IMG/VR virus record: IMGVR_UViG_3300046012_000660
Reading direction: 5' to 3' (one strand)
DNA: 41,064 nucleotides
DNA from: a virus
Shown here: positions 31,694-40,547 of the stretch, one piece after another
Numbering within the stretch: the first letter of the stretch is position 1
Layout: every line of letters starts with the position of its first letter
Notes under the pieces: generated by a model
Databases searched by the model: none
Told to the model about the DNA's origin: nothing
Seen by the model: only the letters and a program-made list of their open reading frames with translations
Translations under genes and position numbers: made by a program

Positions 31694-32186
31694 CGCGCAT
31701 GACCGTTTTTCTTTCTATCAGAAGCAAGATTTCGACATTGCCGCTTGTTGTCAAAACCTGATAGATAAAAGACCTTTCGGAGACTATCCCTTCTATATCT
31801 TTGCCCATGCCAGAACATTAGGATTAGATGAGAAGATTAAACTCTACTCATCAGGGAAATATGCAACCTTAGACCAGGTTCCAGAGAAAACAATCATTTG
31901 GCAACCTCGCCTAACAAAGCCTAAAGCACAGACGAATTCAATGCTTTTCAAGGCCTATCCTGGATCTGACAATATAAAGGTTATCTGGGTTATCCCCCCA
32001 AAAGAGTTATGGGAGCAGTTCAAAAAAGGCAACATGACTGAAAATGAGACCATTTGTATAAGCATTCATGACTTTGAGCATAACCGAGACCAATTAGAGG
32101 CTAAAGAATACGATGATTTGCCAGATGAAACAATCGATCGTATCTACAGAGAAATCAGCAGTTCAATTAAGGAGAATAATAAATGA
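31671..32186 (+). CDS. Hypothetical protein (171 aa)
   Basis: ORF only. Confidence 0.55.
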   Translation: MMKITRTDAHDRFSFYQKQDFDIAACCQNLIDKRPFGDYPFYIFAHARTLGLDEKIKLYSSGKYATLDQVPEKTIIWQPRLTKPKAQTNSMLFKAYPGSDNIKVIWVIPPKELWEQFKKGNMTENETICISIHDFEHNRDQLEAKEYDDLPDETIDRIYREISSSIKENNK

Positions 32187-32407
32187 GAGAATGGCCTAAG
32201 TTTTCTAATGATGAGTTATGGTCGATTTGGAAAAGCTATTTAAGAACGGAATTTCCTAGCGGTGATGATCCATTAAATATATGTCGGATAAAAGATAAGT
32301 CAATAAGACTTACTCCTATGGAAATCATACGACTAGTCGAAGAGCTGATGAATAGATTGGAAATCAAAGACAAAGAGGCGCCCGATGGAAAAGCAAAGAT
32401 TATTTGA
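32183..32407 (+). CDS. Hypothetical protein (74 aa)
   Basis: ORF with ATGA coupling. Confidence 0.5.
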   Translation: MREWPKFSNDELWSIWKSYLRTEFPSGDDPLNICRIKDKSIRLTPMEIIRLVEELMNRLEIKDKEAPDGKAKII

Positions 32408-32466
32408 TGGGTTAGAAGATAGACTTCTTAAGATTTTACTTTTTATTGAGTTTCATTTGGTAAAAA

Positions 32467-32640
32467 CTAGGCTAAACTCTTAGGTGGTTTTTTCATCGCT
32501 TTCGGTTTTGGAGGGTTCGAATCAATCGGATAAGATGAGCGCATTTTCCCCACCTTCTGAGGAATCGCTTTACCATAGAAATCGCCCATTCCAAACTTAG
32601 CATTTGCTGAATGTGCTTCTTTATGCTTTTTCATCTTCAT
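32467..32640 (-). CDS. Small basic protein (57 aa) with a GDFYGK...VGK motif, absent from the ORF track
   Basis: Translation: MKMKKHKEAHSANAKFGMGDFYGKAIPQKVGKMRSSYPIDSNPPKPKAMKKPPKSLA. Confidence 0.4.
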   Translation of the reverse strand: MKMKKHKEAHSANAKFGMGDFYGKAIPQKVGKMRSSYPIDSNPPKPKAMKKPPKSLA

Positions 32641-32872
32641 CTTTTTTTCGGGAAGGAAACCAAGTTCTTTAGGACTTGGAGGAATTCCCGCTCCATGTTA
32701 AAGTTGTTGTTTTGGTCTGTATTGCCCACGACACGACCACCGTCGCGAGACACTAAAAGCACATCGGGGCTTGCCAACCTATTGGTTGTGTAACAGGCGT
32801 AAGGGGTATATCCCCGAGGTAAACCGTCTCAATGTTGGCCCCTTGTGGGTACAATAAATCACCGCCTTAGAG
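32641..32872. other. ORF-free, G+C-enriched segment with multiple helices (candidate structured RNA, pac site or regulatory region)
   Basis: No ORF longer than 19 codons on the operon strand. By hand count, 32701-32820 is about 52% G+C, against a visibly AT-rich genome. Hairpins are described in the findings. Confidence 0.4.
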
Positions 32873-33094
32873 TCAATCGCTGGTGCGCGAGTGAATGTTC
32901 GGGTTGGGTGTCAAAAAGCTTTCGTCTTTAGACGAGAGTTGTTTACATGGACCAATCTTCTTTATGGTGATCTTTTTAAAGCAGTGAGGACATTGCTTAA
33001 CTAATGGGAGAGGCGCTTCTTTGAAACGGAAAATCTCATCACATTCAGGACAAATTGTCACGGTTGTGGATTCAAATAGACTCTGATCTATCAT
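32873..33094 (-). CDS. Zinc-ribbon protein (73 aa)
   Basis: CPEC...CPHC. Confidence 0.55.
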   Translation of the reverse strand: MIDQSLFESTTVTICPECDEIFRFKEAPLPLVKQCPHCFKKITIKKIGPCKQLSSKDESFLTPNPNIHSRTSD

Positions 33095-33357
33095 TTTTCC
33101 ATTTCAATAGATAAGTTTTTACGAGGGATTTCGTCTACTTCCATAGTTTTAACTCGGCCTTTGGGAAGTACTGGGGATGTCGATTTAGGATTTCCAGAAT
33201 GTCCGACAGGCTGTTTATGGCCTACGCCGTAATGAGAACCTGCATTGACATAGCAGCTAGACCTTTCATCATAATCAGGACATGTAAAATCCCAGGGAGA
33301 TTTCATCTGTTTGCCTTCTTTGACTGCGATAGGGTCTTTAAATCCTGATTTTTCCAT
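33091..33357 (-). CDS. Small protein (88 aa) with an HYGVGHKQPVGH motif
   Basis: ORF with ATGA coupling; weak paralogy to 32467-32640. Confidence 0.55.
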   Translation of the reverse strand: MEKSGFKDPIAVKEGKQMKSPWDFTCPDYDERSSCYVNAGSHYGVGHKQPVGHSGNPKSTSPVLPKGRVKTMEVDEIPRKNLSIEMEK

Positions 33358-33424
33358 ATTTATACCTATTTATACACGGTTATACAGGGGTTATACAAAA
33401 GAGCAGTATAAACTGCCCTTAAGT

Positions 33425-33640
33425 TTAGTTTCTGTAAGAAGGCTTAAGAGGATGACCTTTCGCTTTTGAAACGCCTTTCTCTTGTTGGCTCTTAATTGCA
33501 GCGTCGGTATCTTCGTATTCAGTTTCTTTTCCAGCGCCCTCTACTGAAGAATAATGCTTCACAGAGTTCTTTGATTTCATAGCCATATCGGAAGTGTGCG
33601 GCATTCCTCCGAAATCGTTAATTTTTTGTCCACCTGACAT
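33425..33640 (-). CDS. Small charged protein (71 aa)
   Basis: GGAGG-like SD (cggaggtaattATG). Confidence 0.5.
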   Translation of the reverse strand: MSGGQKINDFGGMPHTSDMAMKSKNSVKHYSSVEGAGKETEYEDTDAAIKSQQEKGVSKAKGHPLKPSYRN

Positions 33641-33701
33641 AATTACCTCCGGGTAATTTATTGTTGTTCTTCTTTTTTAGTAACACTATAACCATATTCG
33701 T

Positions 33702-35852
33702 TCAAGAATTCATTACATTTTGTTCTTGATTGCCCATTTCGCCTTGTTGTTCTTGTCCACCACCCATACCAGCTAGCATTTGAGCAACAAAATCGTTTGA
33801 CATCGAGGTTCTTTTTGCGTCATCCTTAGCTATATCTTCTTTAGTCTGTTCTTGTGTATCTAAGGATTGAATATTGTTCATCTTAAGATGAGCTTCAAGT
33901 TCACCATAACGATGAGTGACTTCAACAAGTTTCTCAAGGGCTTCCATTTTAGCCTTGGTACTCATTGAATTGTTGCGCCCGATCATACTTAAACGCTCCT
34001 CAAATAGCCCAATATTTGACTCAGCACGCCCATGTCTTTCTCTAGCATTTGCCACTGCCATAGCAGTTTTAGCATACAGCTCTTTAAGTTTAGCTTCTTC
34101 AACAGCGTGTTCAAGGTGCATGCTGTGTTCAGCAGCAGCAGCTTGTTGTTGTTTTTGTTGTTCAAGGATCTTAATGATCTCTGCTTTTCCAGTAATATTG
34201 AGCTTAGGTATGATTTGATCTGGAGTAAATACTTCACGTCCAAAACGTTCATTCATATCTAGCATTTGCTGTGCTTGCAAGTTTTGCTGCGTCGGAGTTA
34301 AATCGCTCTCTTCTACGATTACTTTATATTTTGAGAATACCTTAGAGTAAAAAAATGGACTTGGTTCTTCACCGATAAGCATTTCTACTTTTTCTGCACT
34401 CCAATTATTTAACATAATCTGAAGATTTGTTTCTCCAAGCAACATGTCAGAGTAATCCCATTGATCGAAATACTTCTGAAATACCATCAAATTTGCGGCC
34501 TGTTTTAGCAAGACAGTCAAACTAGAAGTTTGCTTATCTTGTTGACCTGACCAGTTTTCAAGATTGATCCCTGATGATTTATACATCAAGTCTTCCATCT
34601 GTTGAGCTAAAGCAAGATCGGATTCTGGAACAGCAGAAGGAATGATCTTTTCAACGTCAGTCAACTCATATCCATCATTGACGATAACATCCCACCCTTG
34701 ACCGGACTTCTTAAGATTATCTTCATTCGCTACAGCCCCTATTTTACGCTTCCATCCAGCATTTATGGTAGCAGCAGCAATATCGTTATTTTGGATGACT
34801 TTATGATTGAATAAAAATTGAGACGATCGCATTGGTCTTATAAGTCCACGAACCCGTAAATCATAGTAATTAATATGAGGTTCGTAATTCCAGTGATAAT
34901 TAATGAATGGGCATGAATCAAATTTAAGAGGATTATCGCCTTGATAGACTAATTGATCGTTTAAGACTACAGCAACTTTCCAGGTGGGCACTTCTACAGT
35001 GACTTCTTCTAAATCTGGAATATTCTGGATAAGGATATCAATATTACCATCTCCTCCAGCAAAATCGAAGAATTGGTTTCTTTTCTGAGAATATAGTCTT
35101 TTCTTCTTCCGCTTCCATTTATACCACACATATGAAAGCACCATTAAATCATTACGAGCCATGTTGTAGTTTTCAGGAAGGAAATAGAAAGATCCATAAC
35201 GCTGTGGTGCGCCAGACATTGGAGCAATATTGACTTTTTTGTCTGGGAATCTGGATTCAGCCTCTCTTTTGGAAATGTATTCTTGACACCATATAAACTG
35301 TGCATCAGACATATCAGGATTTCGGAAGTATGGATCTATTAGAAATGAGTTGTATTCCCATATTTTTGTTTTTAGTTCACCTTGTGCCTGATCATCTCCA
35401 GTATAATCAAGATAGGGCTGAACAAGAACCATGCCACAAATTGCAGCCAATTCTTTTGCTTTAGATTTCTTTTCATGAATTCCTCCAATATTGGCTGTAT
35501 GTGTTAATAGCTTGGTATATTGATCTGTAGTCTGATTGTCAGCCCCTTCAATAGCCTGACACATAAATCCCTTACGATGTTGCCTCTCATACCCAGTAAC
35601 CATATTAATAGGTTGCTGGCAGATATTGAAGTAGTAGTTGGAATTGGAAGAGCTGTTATTGCCATTATTATTTCCCAAATATCGATTAAGAAATGACTGC
35701 TCTCCGGCATAGAAAAGCGTGTCGATGTTGGATTGGTTCCAGCGACTTTGCTCTATAGGCATCACCTTGGCGTAGAGGTTGTCGAGCCACGTGCGGACAT
35801 TGCCCTGATTAGGTTCTAGATCGTTCTGCCAAGGCGGATAATAAAAGGACAC
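33702..35852 (-). CDS. Portal protein (716 aa, GTG start)
   Basis: Supported by size, by position downstream of TerL/HNH, and by a long C-terminal helical Gln/Ala-rich barrel-like region (EQQKQQQAAAAEH...). GGGGG SD. Confidence 0.7.
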   Translation of the reverse strand: MSFYYPPWQNDLEPNQGNVRTWLDNLYAKVMPIEQSRWNQSNIDTLFYAGEQSFLNRYLGNNNGNNSSSNSNYYFNICQQPINMVTGYERQHRKGFMCQAIEGADNQTTDQYTKLLTHTANIGGIHEKKSKAKELAAICGMVLVQPYLDYTGDDQAQGELKTKIWEYNSFLIDPYFRNPDMSDAQFIWCQEYISKREAESRFPDKKVNIAPMSGAPQRYGSFYFLPENYNMARNDLMVLSYVWYKWKRKKKRLYSQKRNQFFDFAGGDGNIDILIQNIPDLEEVTVEVPTWKVAVVLNDQLVYQGDNPLKFDSCPFINYHWNYEPHINYYDLRVRGLIRPMRSSQFLFNHKVIQNNDIAAATINAGWKRKIGAVANEDNLKKSGQGWDVIVNDGYELTDVEKIIPSAVPESDLALAQQMEDLMYKSSGINLENWSGQQDKQTSSLTVLLKQAANLMVFQKYFDQWDYSDMLLGETNLQIMLNNWSAEKVEMLIGEEPSPFFYSKVFSKYKVIVEESDLTPTQQNLQAQQMLDMNERFGREVFTPDQIIPKLNITGKAEIIKILEQQKQQQAAAAEHSMHLEHAVEEAKLKELYAKTAMAVANARERHGRAESNIGLFEERLSMIGRNNSMSTKAKMEALEKLVEVTHRYGELEAHLKMNNIQSLDTQEQTKEDIAKDDAKRTSMSNDFVAQMLAGMGGGQEQQGEMGNQEQNVMNS

Positions 35853-35868
35853 GCAGCCCCCTTTAATT

Positions 35869-35892
35869 AGGTGAAGGTTTAAAAATTCACCT
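35869..35892 (-). promoter_or_regulatory. Hairpin aggtgaa-N10-ttcacct between the HNH and portal genes
   Basis: 7-bp perfect stem read directly; no U-tract. Confidence 0.3.
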
Positions 35893-35922
35893 TACATTAA
35901 AGGTTTTATAGGGTCAATAGCG

Positions 35923-36195
35923 CTAAATCGCTAACAACATTTGATTGGGATTAGTCCTTCTAATTCTCCAGTGAAACTTTAAATGCTGCGATGGTGTAAG
36001 CATTAAAAGATTAGAAATTTCGTTGTTAGATGGGTCATCATCTCTGTGATGAATATCCATTCCTGATGGGATGTCTCCAAAATGGATCATCCAGACCCAA
36101 CGATGAGCATATAATTTGGGATCGGTTGTACAAACCCAATAACCATCTTTTCTTTCGTAGAACTTCTTTCCAAAATAGATTTGATGAGATTTCAT
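35923..36195 (-). CDS. HNH endonuclease (90 aa)
   Basis: ...DIHHRDDDPSNNEISNLLMLTPSQHLKFH... Confidence 0.85.
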   Translation of the reverse strand: MKSHQIYFGKKFYERKDGYWVCTTDPKLYAHRWVWMIHFGDIPSGMDIHHRDDDPSNNEISNLLMLTPSQHLKFHWRIRRTNPNQMLLAI

Positions 36196-36232
36196 ATCGA
36201 ATAACTTTAAGATAAGTTGATTATTAAATCAA

Positions 36233-37519
36233 CTAGAAGTTGCTCTTAAATCTATCTTGCATGTATTTGTTAGGGTTGTGTGCATAAGGCTGGTATTTGC
36301 TCACTTTATGAGTAAAAACAGCATAACGTAATGAATCCAAACAATGGTCGTTCTGCTTCAAAGGAGCATCTTCTCCTTTCTCAGCCTTTCGTTTATCCCA
36401 AACATATTGTTCTATTTCATCTATTAATACATTACAACCTTCGCAGACGAATAAATTTCCCTGAGCCATCTCGGATGTCATGTAAGTAATACCACTTAAC
36501 ACATCGTTATCAGCATCAATCGTTGCGATTCCCTTTTTTCTCAATTCTACCTTGAATGAAGCAGCGCTTGGATCTATATATACGCCGCGGATAGCATATG
36601 GAGCTAGGAACTCTTCAACATCTCTAGCATATTCAGCATTTGTCTTTTGCCGCTCTCTTTTGGCTGAATTCCATACATACTCCTTTTCTACCCACCTTAT
36701 TACACCTTGTTGTGTAGCATGGCCAGTATTTACACCTATTAAGGTGCAAGCGAAGTTGTTAGTAACTCCATAATCGATCCCGGCTATCCAATATTCGGCA
36801 GCTCTTGGAGGTCTCTTTACAACGTGGATCTTCTTATCAAAGAAATCAAAGATCGCACCCTCTGCTAAACACCACATCCCAAGGTAATTTCGCTTATAAA
36901 ACAACCCGGATAAGCTTTCTCTGACCATCCTTTTATATTCTTCATCAACATATGGATTGTCATCCAAAACAAACTTTAGTGCATAATATAAGGGGTCGCC
37001 ATTTGTGGCCTTATCGATCCATTGCTTGATCTTATGAGTAGGATGAGAGGGGTTGCAAGATGCAAAAAGCTGAGAATGGGGGTTAGAAAGTCGTGTATGG
37101 ATCATGTCAATGATAGACTCTGGATAAAGTGTAATCTCGTCGCAATAGGCCAGAGAAAATGTTTTCCCTTGTATAGCTCCGATTGCGCCTTCATCTTTTG
37201 CCCCGACCGTGGAGATTGTCTTATTTCTGAACTTGAGTTCAGCTTTACCTGGATGCCAAGTGAGGAATGGTTGATAGATGCTTAAGGGGTTGTTTGGTGT
37301 ATTGGCTTCCATTAATAGACGCACAGCGTTATGGTATATCGTACTAGAACTGTGGCCGATCATCCAAATCTGACTATCTGGACACGCATCAACCGCTTGC
37401 ATAAATCTAAATAAGGTGCTAACAGTTTTACCTGATCGTACAGATCCATACGCAATGTTGATCTTTTTTGTTGAGTCTAAGATAAACTCCATCTGACGTG
37501 GAGCAAGCAATTTTTGCAT
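36233..37519 (-). CDS. terL: Terminase large subunit (PBSX/XtmB-like)
   Basis: Walker A is GSVRSGKT and Walker B is LAYCDEI. The C-terminal nuclease motifs are IAGIDYG and ...NDHCLDSLRYA. Confidence 0.92.
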   Translation of the reverse strand: MQKLLAPRQMEFILDSTKKINIAYGSVRSGKTVSTLFRFMQAVDACPDSQIWMIGHSSSTIYHNAVRLLMEANTPNNPLSIYQPFLTWHPGKAELKFRNKTISTVGAKDEGAIGAIQGKTFSLAYCDEITLYPESIIDMIHTRLSNPHSQLFASCNPSHPTHKIKQWIDKATNGDPLYYALKFVLDDNPYVDEEYKRMVRESLSGLFYKRNYLGMWCLAEGAIFDFFDKKIHVVKRPPRAAEYWIAGIDYGVTNNFACTLIGVNTGHATQQGVIRWVEKEYVWNSAKRERQKTNAEYARDVEEFLAPYAIRGVYIDPSAASFKVELRKKGIATIDADNDVLSGITYMTSEMAQGNLFVCEGCNVLIDEIEQYVWDKRKAEKGEDAPLKQNDHCLDSLRYAVFTHKVSKYQPYAHNPNKYMQDRFKSNF

Positions 37520-37534
37520 ATATAAGGAGTCTTT

Positions 37535-37693
37535 ATGGAAAATGAAGATAAAAGTAAAATAATTAAATTACGTGATAAAGTAGGCACGAGTAAAATGACA
37601 GCATCGCAATATCTCCTGTGGGTATATAAGGAGGCAAAATTGGAAGAAGAAGCAAAATCATTAAGGAAAAAGTTGTTAAATGAAAAGGATTAG
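37535..37693 (+). CDS. Small protein (52 aa), absent from the ORF track
   Basis: AAGGAG SD 5 nt upstream. Translation: MENEDKSKIIKLRDKVGTSKMTASQYLLWVYKEAKLEEEAKSLRKKLLNEKD. Confidence 0.4.
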   Translation: MENEDKSKIIKLRDKVGTSKMTASQYLLWVYKEAKLEEEAKSLRKKLLNEKD

Positions 37694-38027
37694 CAGAGAA
37701 GAATACAAGTGGAAATTGCCGGATTTAAAATACCTCTCTTCAGGACATGAATTTTTGGTCTGGGTAAGCGATGATCAATGGGGTGATTGGCTGCCTTTTC
37801 AAGATCAAGATGAATTAGATTGTGCAATGGTTTTTTTAGAAAAGAAGATGAATTTCAATTGTTATAGATTTTCCTATGAAGATCATAAATATGAGAAAAG
37901 ACCTTATATATATGTCCCTGTTGACGTAGATCCAATTTTAAAAGAAGCGTATAGTCAACATCAAGAAGAACTGAACACAATTGGATTAAAATATAAAATT
38001 GGCATGAGTTATTTAGATGAAAAATAG
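37680..38027 (+). CDS. Hypothetical protein (115 aa)
   Basis: ORF only. Confidence 0.5.
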   Translation: MKRISREEYKWKLPDLKYLSSGHEFLVWVSDDQWGDWLPFQDQDELDCAMVFLEKKMNFNCYRFSYEDHKYEKRPYIYVPVDVDPILKEAYSQHQEELNTIGLKYKIGMSYLDEK

Positions 38028-38415
38028 AGCTAAATGCAAACTGTGTAATCAGATCCTGGAAAGCTTCCATACCTATGATTATGTCACATGCAAATGTGGT
38101 GAAATCAGCATATCAGGAGGAAATGATAAGTTAGAGTGTTCTGCTAAAAATTGGGAAAACTTTTTAAGGGTAGATGATGAAGGAAATGAGGTTGTTATAA
38201 AAGTGAAAGACAGTCAATTACCTAGTGATAATTCGGATTTTGTAGAAATCCCTGGTAAAGTTACACGAAAAGAGATGATTGAGATGTTTGAAGCGATGGT
38301 CAAGAACATCGAAAATCTACCTACAGGAGCCATGTCACAGCCTATTAATCATTACGATATGTTTTCGTTTATGGCTATCATCTTAGCAATTTTAAAGGCC
38401 AAAAAAAATAGTTGA
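38017..38415 (+). CDS. Zinc-ribbon-containing protein (132 aa)
   Basis: CKLC...CKCG at the N-terminus; hydrophobic C-terminus. Confidence 0.55.
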   Translation: MKNRAKCKLCNQILESFHTYDYVTCKCGEISISGGNDKLECSAKNWENFLRVDDEGNEVVIKVKDSQLPSDNSDFVEIPGKVTRKEMIEMFEAMVKNIENLPTGAMSQPINHYDMFSFMAIILAILKAKKNS

Positions 38416-38475
38416 TTATTTGCTTTAAAAAAATGTTGGTTAGTTGTAAGTGTGGGGTTAAATATAGGAGACCCT

Positions 38476-39528
38476 ATGACTGTTCAACCACCAGCAATGT
38501 TATATACGCAAGGATTCGGCTCAAGACCTGAGAATGTCGAAGTCCCTGTTATCTCAACTGTTTCACCATCAACGAGCGATACTAATTATCCTCTTGGTAA
38601 ACGTTGGGTTAATAGAATTGCAAACGCTGAATATGTTTTAACATCAGAAACATCTTCAGGTGGTGTCACAACAGCAAATTGGCAAGTCACAGCCAGTCCA
38701 ACTGGTGCCGTTTCAACTGAAACAGGCGATACAGGAACAGCTACCCCAGCAGCTGGAAATATCAAACACGCTGGCACAGCAAATCAAATCGTCACTTCTG
38801 CTTCAGGATCAACTGTCACATATGCTTTAACTGGACCTTATACACCTGCAACATACACAGCTCATGGTGTATTAATAGGTGAAGGAACAAGTTCTATTGC
38901 AGCTACCGCAGCAGGTACGGATGGCCAAGTATTGACTGGTGCTACAGGTGCTGATCCTTCGTTTGGTGCTATAGGCATTAGATCTGGACTTACTGCTCAC
39001 GGGATAGTATTGGGAGAAGGCGCAAGCGCCTTTGGAGTAACAGCAGCAGGATCTACTGGTCAAACATTAATGGGAAGCACAGGAGCTGATCCTGTATTTA
39101 CTGGCTCACCATCTTTTAATGGTTCAGTCACGGCAGCAACCACTATCACTGCAACACTTGGAGATATCACAGCAACCAATGGAAACTTTGTAGGTTCTAC
39201 AGCAGGAACTGGTCTTTTATTTAACTCTCCTGCTGCATCAGGTGTCGCGGCTTCCCCAGTTGTTGTTAACGGAAGATCTGGCCAAGCAACTTTCACAACC
39301 GTAAGTATCGCAGCAGCAGCTGACCTAACCTTGACTATTACCAACTCAGCTATTACAGGAGCAACAACTCAAGTTATCTACTCAATGAGCGGAGCAACTA
39401 CAGGTTCAGCTTTGTCTATTAAGAGCATAACTAATAGTGCTGGATCTTCAGCAATCGTGGTAACGAATGGCACAGGAGCAACCACCTCTACTGACGACAT
39501 AGTGATGAATTTTATAGTAATTAACTAA
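38476..39528 (+). CDS. Tail fibre protein, paralogue of 1749 and 40548
   Basis: AGGAG SD 5 nt before the ATG at 38476; the track's GTG at 38452 is less likely. The N-terminus parallels 1749. Contains the repeat HG(V/I)(L/V)(I/L)GEG.S...(A/V)TAAG(T/S).GQ.L.G.TGADP.F. Confidence 0.7.
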   Translation: MTVQPPAMLYTQGFGSRPENVEVPVISTVSPSTSDTNYPLGKRWVNRIANAEYVLTSETSSGGVTTANWQVTASPTGAVSTETGDTGTATPAAGNIKHAGTANQIVTSASGSTVTYALTGPYTPATYTAHGVLIGEGTSSIAATAAGTDGQVLTGATGADPSFGAIGIRSGLTAHGIVLGEGASAFGVTAAGSTGQTLMGSTGADPVFTGSPSFNGSVTAATTITATLGDITATNGNFVGSTAGTGLLFNSPAASGVAASPVVVNGRSGQATFTTVSIAAAADLTLTITNSAITGATTQVIYSMSGATTGSALSIKSITNSAGSSAIVVTNGTGATTSTDDIVMNFIVIN

Positions 39529-39536
39529 GGTCTAAA

Positions 39537-39872
39537 ATGAGCAATGTTCAAACAGTGTCTTTTGATGCTTTAAGAGCTTTAGCTAGTGGCAGTATTTCTA
39601 CAAGCTATGTTGCTGTTGGCACTCCCTTTACCCATCCAGTGCGATTGATCTGCATTACGAACAACACCGATGGCGACATGCTATTTTCAGTAGACGCGTC
39701 AACCGATATGCTATTCATTCCCAAAGGAGCATTCAAGTTATTCGATTTAAATACTAATAGATTAGCGCAAGATCAATATTGGGTGCTTCCTATCCGCACT
39801 CAATTTTATGTCAAATACAGCACAGCACCCATGTCAGGAGCGGTTTATATTGAAGCCCTTTGGGGGCAATAA
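39537..39872 (+). CDS. Hypothetical protein in the fibre locus (111 aa)
   Basis: ORF only. Confidence 0.5.
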   Translation: MSNVQTVSFDALRALASGSISTSYVAVGTPFTHPVRLICITNNTDGDMLFSVDASTDMLFIPKGAFKLFDLNTNRLAQDQYWVLPIRTQFYVKYSTAPMSGAVYIEALWGQ

Positions 39873-40513
39873 TGAAAGATGTTCAGGTTGTTGCTTCACT
39901 TCATGCGGTAGAAAGCAAACTTGAACAATATAAAATTGAATATGAATCAATTAACCATTCTATAAATGTCTTTAAAACACAAATACAAGAACTAAATAAA
40001 AAGCCTGATGTTCCAGAGGAATTTAAATCTTTTAGACTTGCAACAGAGAGTTTTATTAGTGATCTGAATCAAAAGCAAGTTACAAACAAGTCTTCCATTG
40101 AATCAATTAAAATAGACGTCGACTCATTAAAGAGAGCTTTGGTTATTCATGAGGAAAGAATCAGAATTACCTCAGAGCTATTGCCTGTATTAGAAAAGCA
40201 AACAGATGAAGTAAAGCAAGAAGCGTCTAAAAAAATCGTAGACATTTCAACAAGCTTTTCTGGAAGGTTTAACGAATACGCAGAAAAGCAAAAATCACAA
40301 CTAGAATCTTTTAGATCAGAGGCTTTATCTGCTCCTAAATCTGTGTTAGAAAGCAATAACAGAATATTAGAAAAACTTGAAGTTGCAATGCTAGATGCTT
40401 CTAATGCAATTCTAAAAACCAACAACATTGAATTGGCTATGAAGTTGTTGGAAAGAAAGCTTGAGCATTTAGTCTTACAGGTTAAAAAAAATGAACTTTC
40501 GCAACAGGGATAG
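39860..40513 (+). CDS. Coiled-coil protein in the fibre locus (217 aa)
   Basis: Charged heptad-like composition throughout. Confidence 0.5.
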   Translation: MGAIMKDVQVVASLHAVESKLEQYKIEYESINHSINVFKTQIQELNKKPDVPEEFKSFRLATESFISDLNQKQVTNKSSIESIKIDVDSLKRALVIHEERIRITSELLPVLEKQTDEVKQEASKKIVDISTSFSGRFNEYAEKQKSQLESFRSEALSAPKSVLESNNRILEKLEVAMLDASNAILKTNNIELAMKLLERKLEHLVLQVKKNELSQQG

Positions 40514-40547
40514 GTAATTTATCTCACAAGCTGGCGAAATAAGTGTC

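Noticed and set aside
32514-32523. GGTTCGAATC, a perfect tRNA T-loop-like motif
   Set aside because: The flanking bases (GAGGG and CAATC) cannot form a T-stem, and no acceptor or anticodon arms can be drawn. The motif lies inside the coding sequence of the 57-aa leftward ORF.
40484-40491. A8 slippery run near the end of the 217-aa coiled-coil gene, considered as a frameshift site that would fuse it to the start-less fibre ORF
   Set aside because: After the run, the fibre frame is closed by TAA at 40515-40517 and the third frame by TAA at 40540-40542. Neither a +1 nor a -1 shift at the run can reach the fibre ORF.
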